A stretch of DNA of 64,000 nucleotides, from contig CAWVRN010000009.1 in the NCBI GenBank assembly GCA_963932905.1, forward strand, positions 1-64,000, in the 5' to 3' direction. Numbering within the stretch: the first letter of the stretch is position 1; each line of letters begins with the position of its first letter. Source of the DNA: an uncultured Bdellovibrio sp. GTDB taxonomy: Bacteria > Bdellovibrionota > Bdellovibrionia > Bdellovibrionales > Bdellovibrionaceae. A model generated the notes under the pieces. It did not search any database. It was not told where the DNA came from and was given only the letters and a program-made list of their open reading frames with translations. Made by a program: the position numbers and the translations under genes. Shown here piece after piece: positions 56,518 through 64,000 of this stretch.

Positions 56518-58245
56518 CTAGTTGATTCCTAATAATGATTTATTAGCAGCGATCAACGCGTTTTCAAAATTTAGTGTTTTAGGCATAAATGGATTTAAGT
56601 TTTGAATGTACATCCAGTTAAGCATGCTTTGAGCTTCCACAGTCGCTGTGCCAGCCATTTTGTTTTTGTAAAGCGTATTTTGTAAGTACGCTTCGTCCAC
56701 AACACCAGCGCGCATGAATTTTTTCAATGAGCTGTTAAGCTGGTAAGTGACCGATCTGTTAAGAGGTAAACCAACTACACGCAAAGCCACTGATAATAAC
56801 CAAGTGCCACCACGAACTACAGATACTTCGTAAGGACGTTTGTATCTATGGATTAGGGGAGCTCCCATATTTTTAAACGCCAAATTCTGCTCACTGATCA
56901 ATGAATACAAGCCGTCTTTCACGCCATTTCTATAACAAACAGCAAAGTAGTCATTAACGATTTCTGTTTTGCAGCCTTTTTCTAGAACTAAACGCGAATG
57001 AGTTTTATCCATTAAAACGTCACGTTGTTTATCTAAAGAGTAGCGAACTGATTTGCCGGCTTTCTCGAAGGCTTGCCAGTCAAACTGGGTGCCTTGAGCG
57101 ACCGACATAATGTATGAACTCATCATGTCGCTTTTTTGTCCGTACAAAATATTTAAAGCGCGAGTTTCAAGAAAAGGCAAATCAACAGCACCGACCTGGT
57201 ATGATTTGATATTTTTCAATGTTTGTTCCAAACGATTTGTTTGGTATTCGTACATTACGTCGATTTGTTCAAAGATGTCCTCAACAGCCACTTCAACGAT
57301 AGCGCCGATAGTGCGGTTTGGAATCAGACGGGGTAGTTGAACCAATACGCTGCTTAAAATGCTGCGGAATAATTTTTCAACCATGCCTTTATATTGGGTT
57401 TGGAAATTTACAATTTCAACAGGACCCATCAAAGGTAAGAAATCGCCATCAATAGCAACATCATAAACTTTGTTCAGATCATTCCAGTTAAATTTCACGG
57501 ATTGCAAAACTTTTTGCGGCTGATTCAACACTTGCAAAAAGTACTGTTGAATTTGACTTGATTTTTCTGCTGACAAAGAAGTATCGGCCTCTAAGCTTTG
57601 AATGACATCATTCAATTGGGCTTTAGTTGCCGCCGGTAATTCAAGCGTCGTGTTTGTCTCTAAGTCGGCCAAAGAAAATGAAACAGGTAACCCAACATCT
57701 GTCGATGTCGTCTGTGATCCTGGGACTGCTTTTGGTTTATTTTTAAATTTCAATGTTGAAATGAAACTTGTTCTAGCGGCCATGCGAGCATCAAAACGCG
57801 CGCTGTAGTCGCTGTTTCGAGCTTGAATTGCATTCCAGTCACCATCCAGCGCATTGATGAAATCTTTAGATGCCATTTGTCTGACAGGCATTTGAAACAT
57901 CGAAACAGCTTTTACAACTGCTTTTAAATTTGGAAATGACAAATCGTAGATACGGCAGGGAGCGCCTTGAGCATCGTAGGTCAGTATATATTTATCAGCG
58001 AATGGAACTTTTTTAGCATCCACACATTTTGGCTGACGTGTTTGGCCTTTCTTTAAAAAACTTTGCAGATGTGCCAGTGTTGGCTTAGGCGCTATGTTGA
58101 TTTGCGCTTGTGTTTTTGTTTTCACAGTGCTCATCACACGTTGTTCTAGCTCAAGATCATCTGCCGACAATTGTGTCTGGGCCAACGTTTGGCTTGTGCT
58201 CATCACGCCAGCGATGAATAGTAAAATCCATTTTATTCGAACCAT
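56518..58245 (-). CDS. Secreted hypothetical protein, co-operonic with the S8 gene
   Basis: Signal peptide (QTLA-Q); GGGGGAAG RBS before ATG 58245; 8-nt gap to the S8 gene. Confidence 0.8.
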   Translation of the reverse strand: MVRIKWILLFIAGVMSTSQTLAQTQLSADDLELEQRVMSTVKTKTQAQINIAPKPTLAHLQSFLKKGQTRQPKCVDAKKVPFADKYILTYDAQGAPCRIYDLSFPNLKAVVKAVSMFQMPVRQMASKDFINALDGDWNAIQARNSDYSARFDARMAARTSFISTLKFKNKPKAVPGSQTTSTDVGLPVSFSLADLETNTTLELPAATKAQLNDVIQSLEADTSLSAEKSSQIQQYFLQVLNQPQKVLQSVKFNWNDLNKVYDVAIDGDFLPLMGPVEIVNFQTQYKGMVEKLFRSILSSVLVQLPRLIPNRTIGAIVEVAVEDIFEQIDVMYEYQTNRLEQTLKNIKSYQVGAVDLPFLETRALNILYGQKSDMMSSYIMSVAQGTQFDWQAFEKAGKSVRYSLDKQRDVLMDKTHSRLVLEKGCKTEIVNDYFAVCYRNGVKDGLYSLISEQNLAFKNMGAPLIHRYKRPYEVSVVRGGTWLLSVALRVVGLPLNRSVTYQLNSSLKKFMRAGVVDEAYLQNTLYKNKMAGTATVEAQSMLNWMYIQNLNPFMPKTLNFENALIAANKSLLGIN

Positions 58246-58627
58246 AACTTCCCCCCTTGGAAGATAAAAATAACATGTGAAAAGTGTCATCCAGGACTGC
58301 CAAAATCCCAAGCATTTTAATGGTTTGGCACGAGGTATCGCACTATAACGAGCGCTGATATGAACTATAAGTAAATATTGGAAAATGGTCGAAAAAGGCA
58401 CTCAGGACGTATGTATTGCTTCTACTGTGAAATGATTTCGTAAGGAGAATGCTCATCTTAAAAAATCTGTACAGGAAAGCCGTCCTCGGCGAGAGCTCGT
58501 GACAGAAAGTTACATTAAAAAGGAAGTCTATGCAGAGGGTCCCAATTATTGGCGCAGCGAAAGCAAAACCAGCCAATGCAGCAAGTGAAGTTTGCACACG
58601 GAAGGCGTTGTGATAGCGACAAATATA

Positions 58628-59098
58628 GTGCGGGCATTGCTGCTTAGTTTGTTGTTAGGAGTGGGATGTCTACTGAATGCCTCGCCGTTAACGATACGCG
58701 ATTCAAACTTAAAGGTAAGTTCGCCCGGACATTTGGAGACTGAGATGAAATATTCTAAAATTACAGGAACATTTTTGGATTTCCAAAACGGGCAGAGACT
58801 CGATACTGGAATTTCCTTCTCGAGCCAGAAAATAGATTTCAAACAAAAAGTATTAATCATAAAAACCTACGAGAGTAAAAAAGTTATAGAAACTCATCTA
58901 ATTTTAAAAGGACCAAGGTTCCTCGAGTTCACAAGTCGATTGGATGATCCCGGAATTCCTGTAGTCACAGGTGAGTTCTTTAGCTCTGACTATGAAGATT
59001 GTATTTTGAAGTCAGGTCCGCCTGATAAAAACATCGACATCAACGGGGTCGTAACCAAGATAGATAGGAAGCACGCTACCAGTACATTCTTCCAGTGA
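58628..59098 (+). CDS. Hypothetical exported protein, 3' end possibly disrupted by the IS remnant
   Basis: Hydrophobic N-terminus from GTG 58628; 3' end overlaps the transposase fragment. Confidence 0.45.
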   Translation: MRALLLSLLLGVGCLLNASPLTIRDSNLKVSSPGHLETEMKYSKITGTFLDFQNGQRLDTGISFSSQKIDFKQKVLIIKTYESKKVIETHLILKGPRFLEFTSRLDDPGIPVVTGEFFSSDYEDCILKSGPPDKNIDINGVVTKIDRKHATSTFFQ

Positions 59099-59327
59099 TG
59101 AACTGATCCATGTGATACATTGTAAATTTTTGAGGCTTCTCGGTAACTCATTCCTTGTTCAACCACGTTTTTAGCCATCATCATGTAGTAATCAAGGTTG
59201 TACTTCGGAGCTCTTCCTATCTTCTTGGGTTCTTTAGCTTTTCTTGGATGCAATATTTCCATTTTGGACTCTCTTTCGATAGAACCAAGCGCTGTTCAAT
59301 AAATATGGGCTGTAGTGTCTGACCACA
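59085..59327 (-). mobile_element. Truncated IS3/IS150-like element (OrfA HTH fragment and possible terminal repeat)
   Basis: GRAPKYNLDY....AK.VVEQGMSYREASKIYNVSHGSVHHWK HTH starting at 59262, then similarity is lost; upstream ...GCCCATATTTATTGAACA resembles an IS3-type left end. Confidence 0.6.
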
Positions 59328-59562
59328 GGGGCGCAGTTTATAACCCTAGCTTTTTGTCGGAAGCTGGTTTTGCTATTAGAACTTTCGTGGCCAGATTTTA
59401 ACGGAAATAAGCGCCATAAATTTCGGGCAATCTCCTATTAAATATTGGCCATTATTTCATAAAGTCAGTTTTCTTCAATGCCCGTGTTATTTCCGGAAAA
59501 GTCAGGTCAGCAAAGCTCAGGAATTCTTGATAGCATGGCGAAAATTAGACAGTGGTTTAAAG

Positions 59563-60171
59563 TCAAAACAAACGAACACCCTCATCAAGAGCCTGTATAA
59601 TAATTTTTATATCCGGCTGTTCTCCTGGGGCTATTTGATACCTAGAGCTAAATTCCTTATTAAATTGTAATGGAAACTCTAAAATATTTCCCACAGGGGG
59701 GAATCCTAAGCTGACGCAGGTTTCTTTATGCAGTCTGATAGTTTTTGCCTTTATCGTCTCTTTAATAACCAGAAAGCCAGCGTGAGATAAACTAACCCAT
59801 AAAATTTGATCAGCAATCAGAGAGCGTCCAACACCAAGTTGAGAATCCCATCCTATGGCCATATTTTTAACTCGAATTTCGCCCGTTATTATTAGTACAG
59901 TATACGCGTCGGCTGTATAAAATCCAAACGTGCCATCAACTTCCAGCGAGCCATCCAAAATAAAAACCCCAAAACCTTGGGCGTACATTGAAAAAGATTT
60001 ATCTAATTTTAGATCTCCCTTATGCAAATATATTTTAGGCAATTCACCAAATAGATCTACACCCTGAGGGTCCAAATCTGCTTGTTCGAAATAAAATGCA
60101 ACATCGTATTTCTCTGATTGCTTAGAATCGATTTCTATCCATTGGCATAAAGAGAAAATATCATTCTGCAT
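59563..60171 (-). CDS. Cytoplasmic hypothetical protein with repeated G-x-L-x-V beta-solenoid-like motifs
   Basis: KGDLKL, DGSLEVDG, TGEIRVK, GRSLIA; AGGTG RBS. Confidence 0.65.
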   Translation of the reverse strand: MQNDIFSLCQWIEIDSKQSEKYDVAFYFEQADLDPQGVDLFGELPKIYLHKGDLKLDKSFSMYAQGFGVFILDGSLEVDGTFGFYTADAYTVLIITGEIRVKNMAIGWDSQLGVGRSLIADQILWVSLSHAGFLVIKETIKAKTIRLHKETCVSLGFPPVGNILEFPLQFNKEFSSRYQIAPGEQPDIKIIIQALDEGVRLF

Positions 60172-60443
60172 GTCACCTACTTCCTCAGCAAATTAAAAAC
60201 TGAGATTTAAATCCGGTCAACTTGGAAACCCTTAAAACGAATTAAAGGTCATCTGAGCTGAACTTTCCTAACCACCCCCAATAAGAAATAACCGCTAGAC
60301 TTTCGAGCCAGCCATTCTATTAAAGAAGTGCCTTATTATTTCAATGACTGTCAGACTAAATGTAAACTACTTGAAGGACGTGTCAGATCGAATTTAAGTT
60401 TGTACATCTAAGCGCTAAAGCTATTATCAATAGCAAATTAAAA

Positions 60444-61025
60444 TTAGTTACAATTCTGTAAGCCGCGCAGACCAAATGTTAGTGATTTAGTAGTATCGGC
60501 ATACGACCAAACTCCACCCGAATATTCGCGAAATCCTTTTCTAAAGACATCGTCGCTTCCGATAGTGTCCACACTGTATTTCATACTGGCATTTGAAATC
60601 TCGATGCTTACAAAATAGCTGCTGCCAAATTCAGACTTGAACTCATAGGTTTCAGGCAATTCAAGCCAGATTATTTGTTTTGATGTATTGGCGACCACAG
60701 GGCCAATATTAAATTTTTTGTCTGGGACACTCGCTTCGCTGAGTGTATCATTGAGACTAGCTTTATAAATAGAAACCGTAAAAAAAGCCGGTGAGCTGCC
60801 GGGAATTTCTGCTTTTATGGCGAACGCGTTCGCTTTTATATCTTTTGTGGTTTGAAAATGTTGGCCGATTTTTCCAGTTCCTAATAGAGTAGAGTCGGTA
60901 CTAGTCTGAGTACTTTCTGCTTGTAGGCTCAGATTAGAAACACATTGGTCTGGGGTGCCCGTTGGTTTTGCGCAGCTTGCACAAAAAAGTACCCATCCAA
61001 ATGTTGCTATAAGAAATTTTATCAT
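60444..61025 (-). CDS. Lipoprotein with beta-sandwich (choice-of-anchor R-like) domain
   Basis: Lipobox-like CASC; GQHFQT...VSIY...YFVSI...GGVWS...LTFGL. Confidence 0.6.
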   Translation of the reverse strand: MIKFLIATFGWVLFCASCAKPTGTPDQCVSNLSLQAESTQTSTDSTLLGTGKIGQHFQTTKDIKANAFAIKAEIPGSSPAFFTVSIYKASLNDTLSEASVPDKKFNIGPVVANTSKQIIWLELPETYEFKSEFGSSYFVSIEISNASMKYSVDTIGSDDVFRKGFREYSGGVWSYADTTKSLTFGLRGLQNCN

Positions 61026-61105
61026 TAGTACATCCTGACCGTGGAATTCGAAGGGCGCAAGAAAATCTCGTTGCTTCAGTATACGCTTTAACCGACAATT
61101 TAGCC

Positions 61106-62284
61106 TTGAATCAAAAAATATATGATTGTTTAGCTAAGCGTAATATGGTCGCAATGTTTGTCTGCGTTTTCGCGACCACTGTCAGCGTTGGTCAAGTGGC
61201 TACGTCAGCCTATTTTATGGACCAAAGACTAATTAATCCAGCCGTTACAACGTCAAGAAGTGTATTTGGATTGTCTCTGCAATTAAAAAAACAAACCGAA
61301 ACCGATCATGTATTGGATTTAGTGGATTCCTCGATTGATGTCAGTACGACCGTTGAAACTGTGGATATTAATAATTCGTTTCAGGCCGGGCCTTTTAATT
61401 GTGAGGTTAATCTGGCTCCTCAATCGGGTCTTAAGGTTACCGACACGGTATCGGTGGCGCAGTCAGCACTGGGTTCTAAATCGTTCAGCTCAAAAGTGTC
61501 GTTTGTTCCTATTCAGTTGGCGATGGGCTATAGAAGTAGTTCTGATATTAAGTATGGAATCAAGCTATTGTACACGTCGTTTAACTTAAGCGACCTCAGT
61601 ATGTATTCGTATGGAACGTCGTCGGCCACGATAACAGTTGATTATGATGGTTTATTCAGCGGCAACTTTCTTGTTTTTGCTCCCGGAATTCTATATGAAA
61701 TAAAAAACACTGGCATTTCGTTTGGCTATGTCGCCGACATTTACCAGTTTGATCAAAAACAGAGTTCGAACAGCATGCAAACTCAGAAAACGTCGTCTAT
61801 GTCGATGACAACAAATGAGAATACTAACAGCCAAGATAAAGTGACTGTAAAAAAAGATATTCTAGGAGTTGGTTATTTTCAAAAAATTGGTCAAAACAAA
61901 TCAATTAGACTGGATTTGTCATTTGAAAAAATGCCGCCAATTTCAAGGAGCGACTATTTCACAAATGGGGAACTGAGTCGCGTCGTCGCCGAGCTAAATC
62001 TGTCTATTTTTCGCCTCGGGATTGAAAGCACGTTAAAAAAAGGGTTCTATGTCGATCCCTATAATTTGGTCCCATTTCTTTATAACCAAGGAAAGTCATT
62101 TAACGAGAGTGTATCTGAAATTAGTTTTTTTGGCGGTTTCAAAACGCAAAAGGGTCACGGCCTTGGAGCTTTTTATTCCGCATCCAGTGCAACGGTTCAG
62201 GAACGATCAGAAAGTTTTGAATCGTTTCAGAAAATTGAACGAAAGAGCTCTAAAATCAATTTAAGCTATTCTTATGTATATTGA
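61106..62284 (+). CDS. Outer-membrane beta-barrel-like protein
   Basis: INPA after the signal peptide (FadL/PorV-like), amphipathic strands, C-terminal LSYSYVY. Alternative start 61145. Confidence 0.6.
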   Translation: MNQKIYDCLAKRNMVAMFVCVFATTVSVGQVATSAYFMDQRLINPAVTTSRSVFGLSLQLKKQTETDHVLDLVDSSIDVSTTVETVDINNSFQAGPFNCEVNLAPQSGLKVTDTVSVAQSALGSKSFSSKVSFVPIQLAMGYRSSSDIKYGIKLLYTSFNLSDLSMYSYGTSSATITVDYDGLFSGNFLVFAPGILYEIKNTGISFGYVADIYQFDQKQSSNSMQTQKTSSMSMTTNENTNSQDKVTVKKDILGVGYFQKIGQNKSIRLDLSFEKMPPISRSDYFTNGELSRVVAELNLSIFRLGIESTLKKGFYVDPYNLVPFLYNQGKSFNESVSEISFFGGFKTQKGHGLGAFYSASSATVQERSESFESFQKIERKSSKINLSYSYVY

Positions 62285-62304
62285 ATGAAATATTAAACTA
62301 ACTC

Positions 62305-62341
62305 TTGCTCTTTTTATAGAATATGTAAATAATATGTAAAT
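62305..62341 (+). promoter_or_regulatory. Sigma-70-like promoter overlapped by an 11-bp tandem repeat; probable leaderless start
   Basis: TTGCTC-17-AATAAT; AATATGTAAAT twice at 62320-62341; ATG at 62340 with no RBS. Confidence 0.5.
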
Positions 62342-63425
62342 GTCTAAGGAATTCCGCAAGGATATTCGAGGTCGTGGGGCTTCGAGCAACATCGCCAATC
62401 GATTTCTTTCCACGCACTTTGAGGCGACAGAGGAAGATCATGATAATTATCTTCTCGAGGAAGAACGCTCGATGTTGCAGACAGAATTAATCAAAGACAC
62501 GTCTCGCACTATTATCACCAAAAACAACAGCCCCGATGTTGGCTTTGATTTCTCAATTAATTGCTATCGTGGTTGTGAACATGGCTGCGCGTATTGTTAT
62601 GCTCGACCAACACATGAATATCTGGGCTATTCCGCGGGTCTTGATTTCGAAACTAAAATTCATGTTAAATACGAGGCGCCGCAATTATTGCGTGAAGCTT
62701 TGATGAAAAAATCTTGGGAAGGGCAGCCGTTGTTCATGAGCGGAGTGACGGATTGTTATCAACCTATTGAGCGAAAATTAAAACTGACTCGGGGATGTTT
62801 AGAAGTATTGAATCAGTTTAAAAACCCTGTAGCGATGATTACCAAGAACTCACTAGTCACTCGGGATATCGATATTCTTCAAGAGATGGCCGAATGGAAC
62901 GGTTGTGTGGTGTTTCTTTCGATCACCACACTCGATACAGACCTTGCGCGCAGTTTAGAACCACGCACGTCGACTCCAGCGGCAAAGCTGGCAGCCATTG
63001 CCAAGCTCAGTGCGGCGGGGATTCCTACCGGCGTGAATGTGGCGCCTGTGATTCCGGGTTTGACGGACCAGGAAGTGCCCTTGATTTTGAAAGCAGCGAA
63101 CGAAGCGGGCGCGCAGATGGCGGGCTTTGGAATGCTGAGAATGCCGGGCGCTGTGTTGCCCGTTTTTCAAGAGTGGGTGCAAATTCATCGTCCACTGCGC
63201 TATGAGAAAATTATGAATGCCGTTCGTGATATTCGTGATGGTGAATTGAACAGTTCAGAGTTTGGTGATCGCATGCGTGGTTCTGGGCCTCGGGCTGAAC
63301 ACATTCGCAATTTATTTAAGCTGACGACACGTAAATTAGGTTTAAATAAAATGGATATTGAACTTTGTTCAGCGCATTTCAAACGTCCGCCTCAAATCGG
63401 CGATCAGCTGGCTTTTGATGTTTAA
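62340..63425 (+). CDS. PA0069-family radical SAM protein (SplB-like, DNA repair associated)
   Basis: RGRGA.SN...RF, NCYRGCEHGCAYCYARP.HEYL, TDCYQP.E. Confidence 0.93.
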   Translation: MSKEFRKDIRGRGASSNIANRFLSTHFEATEEDHDNYLLEEERSMLQTELIKDTSRTIITKNNSPDVGFDFSINCYRGCEHGCAYCYARPTHEYLGYSAGLDFETKIHVKYEAPQLLREALMKKSWEGQPLFMSGVTDCYQPIERKLKLTRGCLEVLNQFKNPVAMITKNSLVTRDIDILQEMAEWNGCVVFLSITTLDTDLARSLEPRTSTPAAKLAAIAKLSAAGIPTGVNVAPVIPGLTDQEVPLILKAANEAGAQMAGFGMLRMPGAVLPVFQEWVQIHRPLRYEKIMNAVRDIRDGELNSSEFGDRMRGSGPRAEHIRNLFKLTTRKLGLNKMDIELCSAHFKRPPQIGDQLAFDV

Positions 63426-63429
63426 TTTT

Positions 63430-63999
63430 TTAGTTAGTGAGCTCAACATGCGCCAATGAAACTGCTTTAGCCATCTTGCCACTATTGTCAATACCAAGCA
63501 GGGATCTGACCTCTGTGAGAGGCATTTCCATATAGCTTTCCAGGCGGATTCCAAACAAGGGCGGAATCGATTTACCAAGATGATAAAGCCTAAATAGGTC
63601 TTCAAAGTGTTGTGGAATGTCTAGCGGGTTATTTTGCGCCTCATGCAATAAGCCGCCGGATAGGATTATGGCTGGAATCCCTGATTGTGTCTGGGCTAAC
63701 GTGAACGCTTGAACTGCTAGTTCGGCTCTGTACGAGATATCCTCGTTAAGAAGGACATGATACATATCGTGCGTCTTATAGAGGCGCAGAATAAAATAGT
63801 CGATAGCTGATTGAATTTCAATTTCAGGATAAAAATTTAAGTCCAAGTTATGTTTTTGTAAAAATTCAAAATACGTTCTACCAAAACTTCCACTTGGCAT
63901 CTTGGAAAGTTCATCTGTTGAAAGTTGCGGAAAATATTTTTCTTCCCACATTTTCTTAAACGCATCGTTATTTAGATAGACCGATTGATAGTGATCAAA
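63430..63999 (-). CDS. Coq4-family protein (5' end probably outside window)
   Basis: P.GSFGR.Y, R...THD.YHVL...E..VQAF; frame open to the window edge. Confidence 0.8.
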   Translation of the reverse strand, partial: FDHYQSVYLNNDAFKKMWEEKYFPQLSTDELSKMPSGSFGRTYFEFLQKHNLDLNFYPEIEIQSAIDYFILRLYKTHDMYHVLLNEDISYRAELAVQAFTLAQTQSGIPAIILSGGLLHEAQNNPLDIPQHFEDLFRLYHLGKSIPPLFGIRLESYMEMPLTEVRSLLGIDNSGKMAKAVSLAHVELTN

Positions 64000-64000
64000 A

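Noticed and set aside
58343..58860. Minus-strand ORFs 58343..58597 and 58546..58860
   Set aside because: They have non-ATG starts, no motifs, and overlap a more plausible plus-strand ORF.
1046..63605. Numerous 60-140 aa ORFs nested in or antisense to large genes
   Set aside because: They are shadows of well-supported CDSs, with no motifs or RBS of their own.

Overview
Chromosomal window from a bacterium that looks like a member of Bdellovibrionota. This is inferred from a TIGR02147/DUF4423 regulator, many secreted orphan proteins and the general gene style. In order, it contains: an IS1-like transposase tail; gltBD divergent from amtB; a cation antiporter and an SLT-like secreted protein with a small partner; a cheW-MCP-cheR-(cheD/cheB fusion) operon; a beta-CASP exonuclease coupled to a nuclease-XPD/DinG helicase, followed by a DsbA remnant; an S8 protease and a DUF4423 regulator operon; bioY; a general-stress gene set (CsbD, BON, DUF1328, SYLF, DUF883) preceded by three sigma-54-type promoters; a lexA-imuA-imuB-dnaE2 cassette whose promoter has two GTTC-N7-GTTC direct-repeat boxes; an ABC pair; REP-like palindromes flanking a putative Cys protease; an ECF sigma/anti-sigma locus next to a 240-bp nested inverted repeat; abgT, a phosphatase and a propeptide-less S8 protease; an AT-rich patch with an IS3-like remnant; a PA0069 radical SAM gene; and a partial Coq4-family gene. 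No rRNA, tRNA or CRISPR array was seen. All assignments come from motif recognition by eye; no searches were run.
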